Assembly: GCA_963508115.1 (NCBI GenBank)
Contig: CAUOVX010000001.1
Location: 1-53,244, forward strand
Origin: an uncultured Candidatus Saccharibacteria bacterium
Lineage (GTDB): Bacteria > Patescibacteriota > Saccharimonadia > Saccharimonadales > Saccharimonadaceae
Reading direction: 5' to 3'
DNA: 53,244 nucleotides
Positions 38,379 through 47,573 of the stretch are shown here, piece by piece. The position numbers and the translations under genes are program-made. Each line of letters begins with the position of its first letter. The first letter of the stretch is position 1. A model generated the notes under the pieces. That model was not told the DNA's origin, ran no database searches, and was given only the letters and a program-made list of their open reading frames with translations.

Positions 38379-39292
38379 TAGAAATCTCCTCCATATGGCG
38401 ATTCACCATTTCCCTTACGGATGTAAGTCGTCGTCAGATCATTTGGGTTGCGTACTAATGGCTGACGTGCTGCAGTGTCAGGATTGTAGGAAATATAGAA
38501 CAATTCTCCAAGCTGCCTGGTGTTGAGTTGCAAACTCTTCACGCCCATAGCAAACAGACCATTCATCACCGTATCGATGCGGTTTTTGATCTCATCTTTT
38601 GCTTTTTCATACATTGGTTGATCGATTCTAGTGATCAATGTTTCCTTTTTACCACTAAAGAAACTATCAAACAGACCCTTTGCTTGCTGCTTCATAGCAT
38701 TGACATCGCCACCAGGAAAATACGGCACCACGATGAAAAATCGCTTATCCATAATGTTTGCCTCTTGGGACAGTACCTCTATGAAGTTCATATAGTCATC
38801 CATCAACACATTAAGTAACATATTGTCTTGAGAGCGTCGAATGCGCGACAATCGGTCAAGGTATGGACCGATATCGACACGCTGTGATCGTACTAGGATC
38901 TGAACTGGAAAATAGAGCGAGTTGAGTAGGTTTTGATAGCTAAATTCGATAGCTTCTCGCTCACGAGTACTCATCAAATCAAAGTTGATAGACTGACATT
39001 CTATCACCGCACGAAAACTACCATCACTCATGATGATCATGTTTTCACGCATTTCTGAAAACAATAACGTATTTTGTGTGCTGATGGCGCTCTTTTTGTC
39101 TTTCGGAGCTGGTGGATTCTGTGGATTTGGAGCTGGCTGACCTGGCTGAGTTATACCAGGCTGCATCGGTGACGCCGGCTGACCAGGTTGTAGCTGCTGT
39201 GGCGGTAATGGTTGACTAGGCTGTCCAGAAACAACCGGCGGTGTCGTCGGGTTGGGTGGTAACTGATATGGTTGTTGATTATCTGGTTGCAT
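38378..39292 (-). CDS. T4SS-associated protein between prgI and virB4, with P/Q-rich N-terminus
   Basis: STQN.L...E....I...DG...A.....INF.L.S..E.EAI...Y..LLNSL.FP.QI, resembling the N-terminal region of monoderm VirB4/TraE systems; TAATG coupling to virB4. Confidence 0.7.
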   Translation of the reverse strand: MQPDNQQPYQLPPNPTTPPVVSGQPSQPLPPQQLQPGQPASPMQPGITQPGQPAPNPQNPPAPKDKKSAISTQNTLLFSEMRENMIIMSDGSFRAVIECQSINFDLMSTREREAIEFSYQNLLNSLYFPVQILVRSQRVDIGPYLDRLSRIRRSQDNMLLNVLMDDYMNFIEVLSQEANIMDKRFFIVVPYFPGGDVNAMKQQAKGLFDSFFSGKKETLITRIDQPMYEKAKDEIKNRIDTVMNGLFAMGVKSLQLNTRQLGELFYISYNPDTAARQPLVRNPNDLTTTYIRKGNGESPYGGDF

Positions 39293-39299
39293 TTCCCAC

Positions 39300-40229
39300 C
39301 TAACGTAGTGAAATCACCACTTCCTCCTCAGCTGTTTCCTCTGAGCGTTTATGTATCCGATCTGCTTCTTTTTGTAGGGTTGCTATGGAAAGATCGGAAT
39401 GATTATTTGCCAAATCTATTATACCAGGGTCAACAGGTTGTTGTATAGGTTGATTCTGGTCGGCTAGTGGGGTGGTGACAGGTCGCTCCCCTGCTGGAGA
39501 CAGGACACCCTGGCGCATATGAGGGTATGGATTGACGGTTAGTTTTGGTATATCTTCCTCTTGAGCTGCCATGAAAACTGCTGGCTGAGTCGGCTGTTGT
39601 GCCGTTGGTGTTTGAGGTTTTTGCATGCGCTGCATCAGCTGTTCTCGCCGCTGTTGGTCGGTCTCGGCGATCATATCAGCAATTTGTCGTGAAGTAGTGT
39701 TACCCCGATCCAAAATATCTTCCTCTGCCTGAACGGCGGTATTATAAAAATCAGCCTGTAGTGAACTGGCGGTATCTAAATTACCCGTTGCTTCCGGGTT
39801 GCCGACGCCGCGGACTGACCAGCCATGCGTGTCAACGATATTTGCTAGGTATGATAATCGTCGCTGAATCTCCCGTTGATCATAGTTCTTACTCAGGTTT
39901 TCTTCCTTAGTTTTTGGTGCCACCACTTCTATCAGCGTCTCTACTCCGTCTGGCTCCCAGAGCCGCACGCGCGGTTTTAAAAAAAATGATATCACCGCCG
40001 CAATATATATTTCCATCGGCTGTTCCTTGCGCAGCGGCAACGCCAATACTGTGAAAAACACCCCAAATGGCAGAGGAATGATTGCTAGTGGTAGCAAGGC
40101 GACTCCTAGCGCCCACGCTATACCAAAAAAGCCCACCGCGATGATGAGAAACACAAATTGCTTAAAACTGAATGGCCCAAGCAGCTTATCTTCTGCTTCC
40201 ACATCCTGGGGCACTCTATACACAGCCAT
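39300..40229 (-). CDS. prgI: PrgI family (VirB3-like) protein with long C-terminal tail
   Basis: Y.VPQDVEAEDKLLGPFSFKQF, two TMs, QPME...F..KPR.RLW. Confidence 0.85.
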   Translation of the reverse strand: MAVYRVPQDVEAEDKLLGPFSFKQFVFLIIAVGFFGIAWALGVALLPLAIIPLPFGVFFTVLALPLRKEQPMEIYIAAVISFFLKPRVRLWEPDGVETLIEVVAPKTKEENLSKNYDQREIQRRLSYLANIVDTHGWSVRGVGNPEATGNLDTASSLQADFYNTAVQAEEDILDRGNTTSRQIADMIAETDQQRREQLMQRMQKPQTPTAQQPTQPAVFMAAQEEDIPKLTVNPYPHMRQGVLSPAGERPVTTPLADQNQPIQQPVDPGIIDLANNHSDLSIATLQKEADRIHKRSEETAEEEVVISLR

Positions 40230-40254
40230 ATGCTACTAGTATAGCAAAGATAGC

Positions 40255-42786
40255 TTAACTAGTTAAATCCTCAGGCTTAATCCCTAGAGAAAGAGATATC
40301 TCTCGAATTGTATTACCAGTTTTACCAATTCGACTACTAAACCGAGGATCGGTTTGTGCCAAAACAAGGTTCTTACGCAGCGTATCCAACCCGGCTTCAT
40401 TGATTTGCGAGACAAAGCTTTGGTCGCTCAACGCTTCCTTTAGTGGCTTTAGGTAAGCCAAGTCTGAACCGACAATTGCTTCGGTCGACAAACCACCGAT
40501 GTTAAGGTTATCAAGCATAAGTTTCCTCATGTAGTCTGGGCCGTTCATATTAACATTATTGGCCTTGATGGCCGCTGCAGCTGCACCACCCAACCAAGCT
40601 GGTTTAGCAGAGTTGGACAGCAGCGCATCACCGTATTCTTGTGCAAAGTCGTCATTTAGTGCGCCAAAGTCAGTTTTTTGTAGTAAGCTTTGGATAGCCA
40701 CAGCGTCTTTACCTCCTAATACGTGGTGAATCGCTGCGTAGCGGATATCATCAGTGACTGTCAAGCCGCGTCGACTGACACCGTTTGCCAATTCCACCAT
40801 ATCATCATTGCTGACATTCATAGCATTCAAGATAGTCATAGCGTTCTCAATCGATTCCTTATTAGCCTTGGTGATGGTACTACGTGCGGTTGACCATACA
40901 CGTTGTGAGCCACGATCGTTGCCAAAGTACATATTTTCCACGGAACCTGCTTGGGCTCGCAACTCCTCCTGGTTGGCTAGATCGTTTGCTAAGATGTAAT
41001 CATTAACACGCTGAATACTGTTTTTTCGCAGCCCTTGAATCGCAATACTGCGTGCTTCTCGTTGAGTTTCTTCCTGTAGTGTTTCATAGCGGCGGGCAGC
41101 TCTCTTTTTCAGGTTGGCTGGTGTCGGTGTACCTTTAACTTTCATCTCCTCATAAGCGTTTGCGGTTGTGACATCAGCTAGTGATAATTGGTCAGCAGCA
41201 GCTCGTGACTCAATATCAGCAATTTGGTTAGCGCGGGAAAGCTTGTAGGCTGCGTCAGCCCGTTTTTGATAGGCTTCTGAACGAGTTTTGAACTTACGCG
41301 AGCGATAATTGGCCCAGCGCCCCATTTTGCGGATGCCACTGAATTTGCTCAGTTCGTCGTCAGCCCTACCTAGCGAATTTTTATGAGCCGCCAATTGACT
41401 GCGGTCACGGGACCAGTTTTTAGTTCTATCGATAACGCCGCGGTTCTTATTGTTGACGATACCAGCTACTCGACCCAGCACACCGCCGCTCAGCTTGAAC
41501 ACCAGTGGTGCGATGGCTAGGGCTGAAACTTGAACTGCCAGTCCTAAAATTACCATAATCCACGAGTTGGCGTTTTGTAAAATGATCATTCCTGCCAGCT
41601 GTGCTCCGCCAAAGACCACTGAAAATGCTGGGAAGAATATCACCAGGGTGAACATTAAGTTTCGCCATTTTTCAAAGAATTTCTCGGTGCCTGGTAACAG
41701 ATAGCACACGAAAGCCAGCGGTGATATGACCGTCAGAATGATCAGTAATGCCTGTCGTGCCGCCAGGATGATAAAGACGACCGTTAGGGTTAGCAAAATA
41801 CTAGCGATGATGGGCAGTAGCCAGTAAGCGGCTGAAGCTAACGATCCGCCAGTTACTGCCAGTGCGCCATATATACCTGCAGTCGCTGCGCCACCAGACA
41901 GAACCATGGCTACCAAGTCGCTCCAGGTTGGCAATGGAGCACCATTAAACGCGCCGTTTGCTGACACTTGAGAACGAATTTCGTTGAACATATCTTGTAG
42001 AGCGACACCAAAGATATTTGACAGATCGATCATCGCAGCACAGATGATGAAAGACAGGTTAACTAAGATTGCGGCGATAACCACTCGTGGAACCAGTTTT
42101 TTGATACCGTAGTTACTAATGCCAACTGATGTCAGCTGTGAATAAATAACGATCAAAAAGGCGACGATGAACGCTGCATTGGCGATGTTTCGCATGATAT
42201 CCCAGGCGACCTTTACCCCAGAGCTATTGTTGGAGCTGTCTATCGCTGGTGTGGTCATCAGGTCGGAGATCCACGTATACACCTCATCAATTCCTGAGGC
42301 GATCCCATTAGAGATTGGGCAAATAAACCAACCCGTTCCCCCTCTCACATCACATTCTGACTCACTAGGGTTACTGTCTTGTTTAACTTCGATATCTTCT
42401 GGCTCGCCTGCCTGTGTTGGTGTGTTGCCGTTCAGGGTGTATTTAACGTATTTCGCGGTAGTAGCAGTTCGTGGATTGCTATTTCCAGCGAAAAACACCA
42501 CGGTTGATTGATTACCTTCGGTAGCCTCATAGACCCAGTCCTTACTGTCGCGACCGAGGAGTTTTTTACGAGCTGTGTCATTAACTGGTTTGAGTGTTTT
42601 GCCGTCAACGACCAGGGAATCGCTTTTCCACTGGGCTTCAGCGGCATAGACAGAGGTGGAGTTGATGAGTATACCACTAAAAAACCCGACAAAAATACCA
42701 ATAGTCAGTATGGCAAACCACTGCGACCGACGTATTTGCGGACGCACTCGCATTTTCAACCACTCCATTACTGTAAATGGTAGCAT
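40255..42786 (-). CDS. VirB6/TrbL-like polytopic membrane protein, paralogue B
   Basis: Signal (VYA/A); GWFICP, W..MR..AN, SQ...VGISNYGIKK..PR, AAILVNLSF, SPLAF...LPGT...F.KW; exact start uncertain. Confidence 0.75.
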   Translation of the reverse strand: MLPFTVMEWLKMRVRPQIRRSQWFAILTIGIFVGFFSGILINSTSVYAAEAQWKSDSLVVDGKTLKPVNDTARKKLLGRDSKDWVYEATEGNQSTVVFFAGNSNPRTATTAKYVKYTLNGNTPTQAGEPEDIEVKQDSNPSESECDVRGGTGWFICPISNGIASGIDEVYTWISDLMTTPAIDSSNNSSGVKVAWDIMRNIANAAFIVAFLIVIYSQLTSVGISNYGIKKLVPRVVIAAILVNLSFIICAAMIDLSNIFGVALQDMFNEIRSQVSANGAFNGAPLPTWSDLVAMVLSGGAATAGIYGALAVTGGSLASAAYWLLPIIASILLTLTVVFIILAARQALLIILTVISPLAFVCYLLPGTEKFFEKWRNLMFTLVIFFPAFSVVFGGAQLAGMIILQNANSWIMVILGLAVQVSALAIAPLVFKLSGGVLGRVAGIVNNKNRGVIDRTKNWSRDRSQLAAHKNSLGRADDELSKFSGIRKMGRWANYRSRKFKTRSEAYQKRADAAYKLSRANQIADIESRAAADQLSLADVTTANAYEEMKVKGTPTPANLKKRAARRYETLQEETQREARSIAIQGLRKNSIQRVNDYILANDLANQEELRAQAGSVENMYFGNDRGSQRVWSTARSTITKANKESIENAMTILNAMNVSNDDMVELANGVSRRGLTVTDDIRYAAIHHVLGGKDAVAIQSLLQKTDFGALNDDFAQEYGDALLSNSAKPAWLGGAAAAAIKANNVNMNGPDYMRKLMLDNLNIGGLSTEAIVGSDLAYLKPLKEALSDQSFVSQINEAGLDTLRKNLVLAQTDPRFSSRIGKTGNTIREISLSLGIKPEDLTS

Positions 42787-42815
42787 TTTTTAGCGTAAAA
42801 GTCAACTATATGAAT

Positions 42816-45800
42816 CTATCGTCCAAACGCGGTAGGCGGTCGGTTGCGCCGGTGTTGTGACTGTCCTCCGCCGCTAGTACCACCTTGGTCAATATAGCTC
42901 GGTGGAATACTGGTAGCACTCGTCGGATTAGAAGATCTGTCTACCTGCACAGTAACGTTAACTTGTGGAGCTGGAGCCTGTGTTTGACCACCTGAAGATG
43001 AGGACAATGAATCTGGCTTTGGAGCTTCTGCTCCCCGCGCCTGTTCTTTGATGGCGTATTGACGATCAGGGGCCATGCTTGGTGCCTGAGAAGGTGTTGG
43101 CTGTGCCACGCCTTGTGGAGCTTGATTTTGCTGCAATGGTGGTACGGATGGCGAACTAGCCATATTGGACTTTATTGCGTCAATTGCTGCCTTAAGATTA
43201 GTTTGACCTTTTTCTCCTTTTTGACCCAAGGCTTCAAATACTGGTGCGGTCTTACCATTTGCTTGACCCATGTATCGTGAACTGTCGGACACTTCGGCAG
43301 CCCTACTGTTCGCCAGACCTCCCTTATCGTAAGCATTGACAAGTGCCTCTGCGCTCTGAGTAGATAAGTTATCTACAGAAAGGTTCTCAAATGCTTTACT
43401 TGTCATTTGGGCTAGCTCGTCTCGACTAACACCATAAGCCTGCTGTCCTTTACCTATTGCATCAAAACCGGCCACTCCGGCAGCGGCCACTCCAGCATCG
43501 TATTTCTTGACATTAGTGAGAGCATCTCCCATCTCGATACTGGTAATTTTACCGCCTTCTTCCAGATATTTACGCAATTGTCCTGTTCCCCAAGCACCTT
43601 GTTGAGACAGTTTTTCCGCCGCCGCCGCCTGAACGTATTTGTCATCTGATCGTAAAGCCTCAACTGCGTTACTATTATATTCAAACCGCAATTTTTTGGC
43701 TGCAGCTTCTTGAGATAGTTTATGAATATATTCCTGACCACCGGTAGTGGCAGCAGCAAATCCTAAGCGCTTCTCCAAATCTCCGCCAGAAGCTTCAGCC
43801 AGCCCTGCTCGGTAGCGCTGCTGTTCGCTCTGTTCTGCTAGGGCTGCTCGGGTTTCCCTGTCGAGTGATCGTCGCTTTAATCCTCGTAAACCTCCCTGTA
43901 GTCGTCTTCTAATTGGACTATCGCTAAAATCTCTAGCCATAAATTCACTACGCTTCATATTTGCTCGACGCTTGGCAAACTTATTTCCCGCATTAAGCGC
44001 TGGTGCCGAGGCTTTGTTTAGTAATCCACTAGCTCGCCCCATCAGGCTACCGATAATGGCATTAGACTTCAGTGCCATACCGAGGATGACAAAAGTACCA
44101 GTAAACAAGAGTGCCAAGGCCATCAGTTGTTTTACCACTCCACCATTCTCATCAATGAGGGCGCTAAAAGCTAATAATTTTAATCCACCATAATACACTG
44201 CTGCCAAAGGATAGAGGAATACCATACCCGTGAAGACCTTCTTCCATTTGTCAAAGACGCTTTGAGTATTTGGCAAAATCCAGGCCGCAAACGCCAGTGG
44301 AGCCAAGATGGCTAGGACCGGTATCACCGCTGATCGAAATACTAACGCTAATAAGCCTGAGACGATACCGATCACACCTGGAACGATGGCCATGAGTACA
44401 AACATAAACATGGTTCCAATTCCAAAGACCGAGATAGCAATTGCCCCGCCGACTATTGTCGAGCCAAGTGCTGTAGCACCACCTGCTAAAATTGCCGTCA
44501 ATAAGGCACCCCAACCAACATCTTTGTAACTCATATTTTGTATCGGAGCTGTAATGATTCCTAGCAGAGTACTACCAAGGATGTTTGCGGTATCAACGAT
44601 GACTTGGATGACAAAGTAGGATATATTCACTGCAACCGCAGCGATGATGAAACGAGGTAGCATTTTCTTGATACCGTAGTTAGAGATACCGACATTCGAT
44701 ACTTGTGAGATGATGATTAGTATGAATACCAGTGCTAACAGGACATTAGCAAGGTCTCGCATAGTTTTCCAGGCATCATATGTATTTCCTGTTGCCTGTA
44801 ATGGACTTGTTACTAAATATCCCTCCAGCATTCCCCAGACTGAGTCGGCAAATTCAGCCAATTTGTCAATAACTGGGCAGATAAACCATCCTATTCCCGT
44901 TAGTTCACTAGTACACGTTTTTTCCTCTTTTTCTTCTCCTGCCCCCTCAGTCGACTGTGCTGTTGCGTCAGCACTTTGTTCCGGAGTATCCCCTACAGAA
45001 AGTTCTTTTTGTTCTTCTTTATGTTCAGACGCGTATTTGGCAAACTTATCAAAAGCACCCCTGTTGTTTTGGAGCCAAGAACCGATATCGCTACAGCTTA
45101 CTTCGACTAATCCTCCCTCAGTGTCGTCGGTTGCTGCCAACCAGACTTTTTCATTACCCTTGGAAGTCTTATAAATCATGTCGGCGGTTTTGCCACCTGT
45201 ACTGGTAAATGGAATTTTGTAGTAATAATACCCCGAGCTATCTGGATTTTCTTTAGGGATTTCCTTGAGAGATTTATCACCGCTAGCAGAACAACCGCTA
45301 GCAGAACTAGTAAATGTTTTTGAATACATATACCATTGTTCGGCGCTGCCTGAAGCTATAGAAGGTAGGCTGCCGGTGGCATTTTTGATACCGTCTTTGA
45401 AACGTTCTTTAATGGCCGCGCCACCCTTTTTTGGTGCACAACCACCCGGAGGATTTTCGTCAGGAGCTAAATTACTACTAGAATAGTAAACAGTGTATGA
45501 AGTAAAATAATTTGGTTTTGATACACTCCGTAAGTCGTTAACATTTTGTGTAAAACGACCCCAGGAATTCCATTCATACTTTTTACATCTTTCCCAATTT
45601 CGAAATACCCAGCCAGCTTTGGTTTGATCAATAAAAAATTTACCACCCATATGCCGGTAGAAGTCAGCATATTTAGAAGAGCCCTCCCAAATATCAATCC
45701 CCGCTTTTAGGAGGCTAGCACAGCTGAGATCTCCACCGATTTGTTTTGTGATGGGGTCGACGCCTGAGTAGGATTTAATACCGCCTTTAGTATTTTTTCC

Positions 45801-46076
45801 CACAAAGGTATTTGCACGCTCCTCATTATCACCGTTAGATGGCGCCCAGTTAGAGTCGGTGCTTGTTGTGTTTCTATACCGCATCCCCTCGAAATCGGTC
45901 ATACATGTCCAATCGTTGGTGCCACGCTTCATTAAATTAGCGTAAAGTAGTGTTGATTCAACTTTTTGCTTTAACTTCAAACTTTTCGCAGCTTCTGCCT
46001 GCGGAGCAAGTAACACCGCTGATATAAGTGCCACTACTAGTGTGGAGAGTACTATCAACCCTCGCTTTTTACTCAT
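42816..46076 (-). CDS. VirB6/TrbL-like polytopic membrane protein, paralogue A, with large N-terminal extracellular domain and P/Q/S-rich tail
   Basis: Signal (AEA/A); same GWFICP...SNYGIKK.LPR...APLAF...LPNT...F.KW core as its neighbour. Confidence 0.75.
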   Translation of the reverse strand: MSKKRGLIVLSTLVVALISAVLLAPQAEAAKSLKLKQKVESTLLYANLMKRGTNDWTCMTDFEGMRYRNTTSTDSNWAPSNGDNEERANTFVGKNTKGGIKSYSGVDPITKQIGGDLSCASLLKAGIDIWEGSSKYADFYRHMGGKFFIDQTKAGWVFRNWERCKKYEWNSWGRFTQNVNDLRSVSKPNYFTSYTVYYSSSNLAPDENPPGGCAPKKGGAAIKERFKDGIKNATGSLPSIASGSAEQWYMYSKTFTSSASGCSASGDKSLKEIPKENPDSSGYYYYKIPFTSTGGKTADMIYKTSKGNEKVWLAATDDTEGGLVEVSCSDIGSWLQNNRGAFDKFAKYASEHKEEQKELSVGDTPEQSADATAQSTEGAGEEKEEKTCTSELTGIGWFICPVIDKLAEFADSVWGMLEGYLVTSPLQATGNTYDAWKTMRDLANVLLALVFILIIISQVSNVGISNYGIKKMLPRFIIAAVAVNISYFVIQVIVDTANILGSTLLGIITAPIQNMSYKDVGWGALLTAILAGGATALGSTIVGGAIAISVFGIGTMFMFVLMAIVPGVIGIVSGLLALVFRSAVIPVLAILAPLAFAAWILPNTQSVFDKWKKVFTGMVFLYPLAAVYYGGLKLLAFSALIDENGGVVKQLMALALLFTGTFVILGMALKSNAIIGSLMGRASGLLNKASAPALNAGNKFAKRRANMKRSEFMARDFSDSPIRRRLQGGLRGLKRRSLDRETRAALAEQSEQQRYRAGLAEASGGDLEKRLGFAAATTGGQEYIHKLSQEAAAKKLRFEYNSNAVEALRSDDKYVQAAAAEKLSQQGAWGTGQLRKYLEEGGKITSIEMGDALTNVKKYDAGVAAAGVAGFDAIGKGQQAYGVSRDELAQMTSKAFENLSVDNLSTQSAEALVNAYDKGGLANSRAAEVSDSSRYMGQANGKTAPVFEALGQKGEKGQTNLKAAIDAIKSNMASSPSVPPLQQNQAPQGVAQPTPSQAPSMAPDRQYAIKEQARGAEAPKPDSLSSSSGGQTQAPAPQVNVTVQVDRSSNPTSATSIPPSYIDQGGTSGGGQSQHRRNRPPTAFGR

Positions 46077-46094
46077 GTTTTGATGCCCTTTCAG

Positions 46095-46131
46095 AAAAAA
46101 ACATATACACTACAAATTGTAGTGTATATGT
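46095..46131 (-). terminator. 31-bp palindrome followed by a T-run on the minus strand
   Basis: ACATATACACTACAA-A-TTGTAGTGTATATGT (46101-46131) next to an A-run at 46095-46100; 30 nt after the 46162 stop. Confidence 0.65.
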
Positions 46132-46161
46132 CTCAAAAGCGCAAATGCTTAGAAAGTCGGC

Positions 46162-47217
46162 TTACGCTTTACCTTCTTCACGCAATTTTGAATACGGAAC
46201 ATTTTCTTTACGACTAAACTCTAGCTCGCTAATAACAACAGCACCAGGGCCGGTTTTCTTAAATGTAACGTTACCTTGCATACCGCCAACTCCGGCCGTT
46301 AGTACCCATTCCACAGGCATCGTACCAACACTATTATTAGCAAGGAAGTCAGTAATTTTCTCAGAATGCTGGGCGCCATTATCTGGTCGGAATGAGAAAG
46401 TCATAGAAATGGTATCACCATTGTATTTTGGCTCACCATGTTCCATTCCTGCAATAGTGACAGGCCCCAATATCATCTCTGGGTCTATTGGGTTCGTATA
46501 GGCCGTCCTGTGAAAACCATTCTCATCATTTTCAAGGCGAGTGCTGTGATCGATCCGTAATGCTTCTTGTGCATCTATAAGATTTGTCAAGAGACTCTTG
46601 AAACCATCCCCGTACTTAATTGGTTGTGACTTTCCACGTGCGTCATTGCCTGGAGTTTCAAAAACTCCTTTTATGCGATCGAGGATATATGGGGTTAGTG
46701 TTGATCCGAAAGTAGGAGGCGTGCTGCCCATAGGAAGCTTTTCCTCTGCTAAGTAGCGGAACCTCTTTTCGTCATACACCCTGCTATACTCGGATGACGG
46801 TGGGTTTTCCTGATCCTTTTTATCAGCAACTACGTTGACTGTTGTTTCAATTATAGTGCTCAGGTGTTGCATTAATTCGTCGGGACTTTCGAAAGCACTA
46901 ACGGGAATGGTTAATTTCTTAGCCTCTTCTTCAGGGAATCTTGTGTCTACATACGATTCGCAAAGCTCTACATCTGTTGAAGGGTCTAGGTCCAGTGTAC
47001 GCATCCCTTCAGGAGTTGGAGATACTTCTGGTGAAGGACTGTTATCTACATGTTCAGGCAGTTGTCCTGATGTTTGTTCTGGTGTAGTTTTTTTCTCACC
47101 ACCACAGGCTGCTAAAGCCACCATTCCAGCACTGGTCATAAGAAGACCCAGGACCCCTCGGCGGTTTATTTCATATGTTGATGGTTCTTTTGAATCGCTT
47201 GGGTTATACTCTTTCAT
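46162..47217 (-). CDS. Hypothetical lipoprotein-like protein with twin-arginine-like signal
   Basis: NRRGVLGLLMTSAGMVA-LAAC-GG lipobox followed by a P/S/T-rich linker; own promoter TTGTAT-17-TATAAT at 47317-47289. Confidence 0.75.
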   Translation of the reverse strand: MKEYNPSDSKEPSTYEINRRGVLGLLMTSAGMVALAACGGEKKTTPEQTSGQLPEHVDNSPSPEVSPTPEGMRTLDLDPSTDVELCESYVDTRFPEEEAKKLTIPVSAFESPDELMQHLSTIIETTVNVVADKKDQENPPSSEYSRVYDEKRFRYLAEEKLPMGSTPPTFGSTLTPYILDRIKGVFETPGNDARGKSQPIKYGDGFKSLLTNLIDAQEALRIDHSTRLENDENGFHRTAYTNPIDPEMILGPVTIAGMEHGEPKYNGDTISMTFSFRPDNGAQHSEKITDFLANNSVGTMPVEWVLTAGVGGMQGNVTFKKTGPGAVVISELEFSRKENVPYSKLREEGKA

Positions 47218-47330
47218 AACGCTTGGGATTCTTTCTCTGGTTTACTACCAGGTTAGTTGCACACTATATCTACAATCGATATGGCGTGATTATAACACAA
47301 AGTATATGAAAATACAAGTATGGAAACCAG

Positions 47331-47361
47331 CAAAATAAAAAACACCCCGTCAATTGGGTGT
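47331..47361 (-). terminator. Intrinsic terminator after tRNA-Asp
   Basis: ACACCC-N8-GGGTGT hairpin followed by TTTTTATTTT on the minus strand. Confidence 0.7.
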
Positions 47362-47364
47362 CTG

Positions 47365-47442
47365 TGGCGCGCCCGACCGGATTCGAACCGGCGATCTCCT
47401 CCGTGACAGGGAGGCGTGATGGACCAACTTCACTACGAGCGC
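47365..47442 (-). tRNA. tRNA-Asp (GTC)
   Basis: GCGCTCGTAGTGAAGTTGGTCCATCACGCCTCCCT-GTC-ACGGAGGAGATCGCCGGTTCGAATCCGGTCGGGCGCG-CCA; upstream TTGAAT-17-TATTAT promoter. Confidence 0.96.
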
Positions 47443-47573
47443 ATGTCAACTAGCTCATAATACCAAAGACTTCCCTAATATTCAAGAGCTACCAGGTGAA
47501 ATGCTGTTTGCATTTTGAGCGACAATATCTTACAATTAGTCACATATCAACCTAATATTGGTAGAACAATTCA

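Noticed and set aside
39975..39986. T4A8 homopolymer in prgI as a phase-variation or frameshift site
   Set aside because: The frame is intact (SFFLKP) and runs of this length are expected in AT-rich DNA.
44710..47338. Long plus-strand ORFs (154, 157 and 167 aa)
   Set aside because: Antisense shadows of the VirB6-like and lipoprotein genes, with Ser-rich mirror composition and no expression signals; the same applies to the other short nested ORFs in the track.
31550..47442. Integrative conjugative element inserted at tRNA-Asp
   Set aside because: No integrase, relaxase or coupling protein, and no duplicated tRNA 3' end (att) was seen; the operon abuts dnaN with a 1-nt gap.
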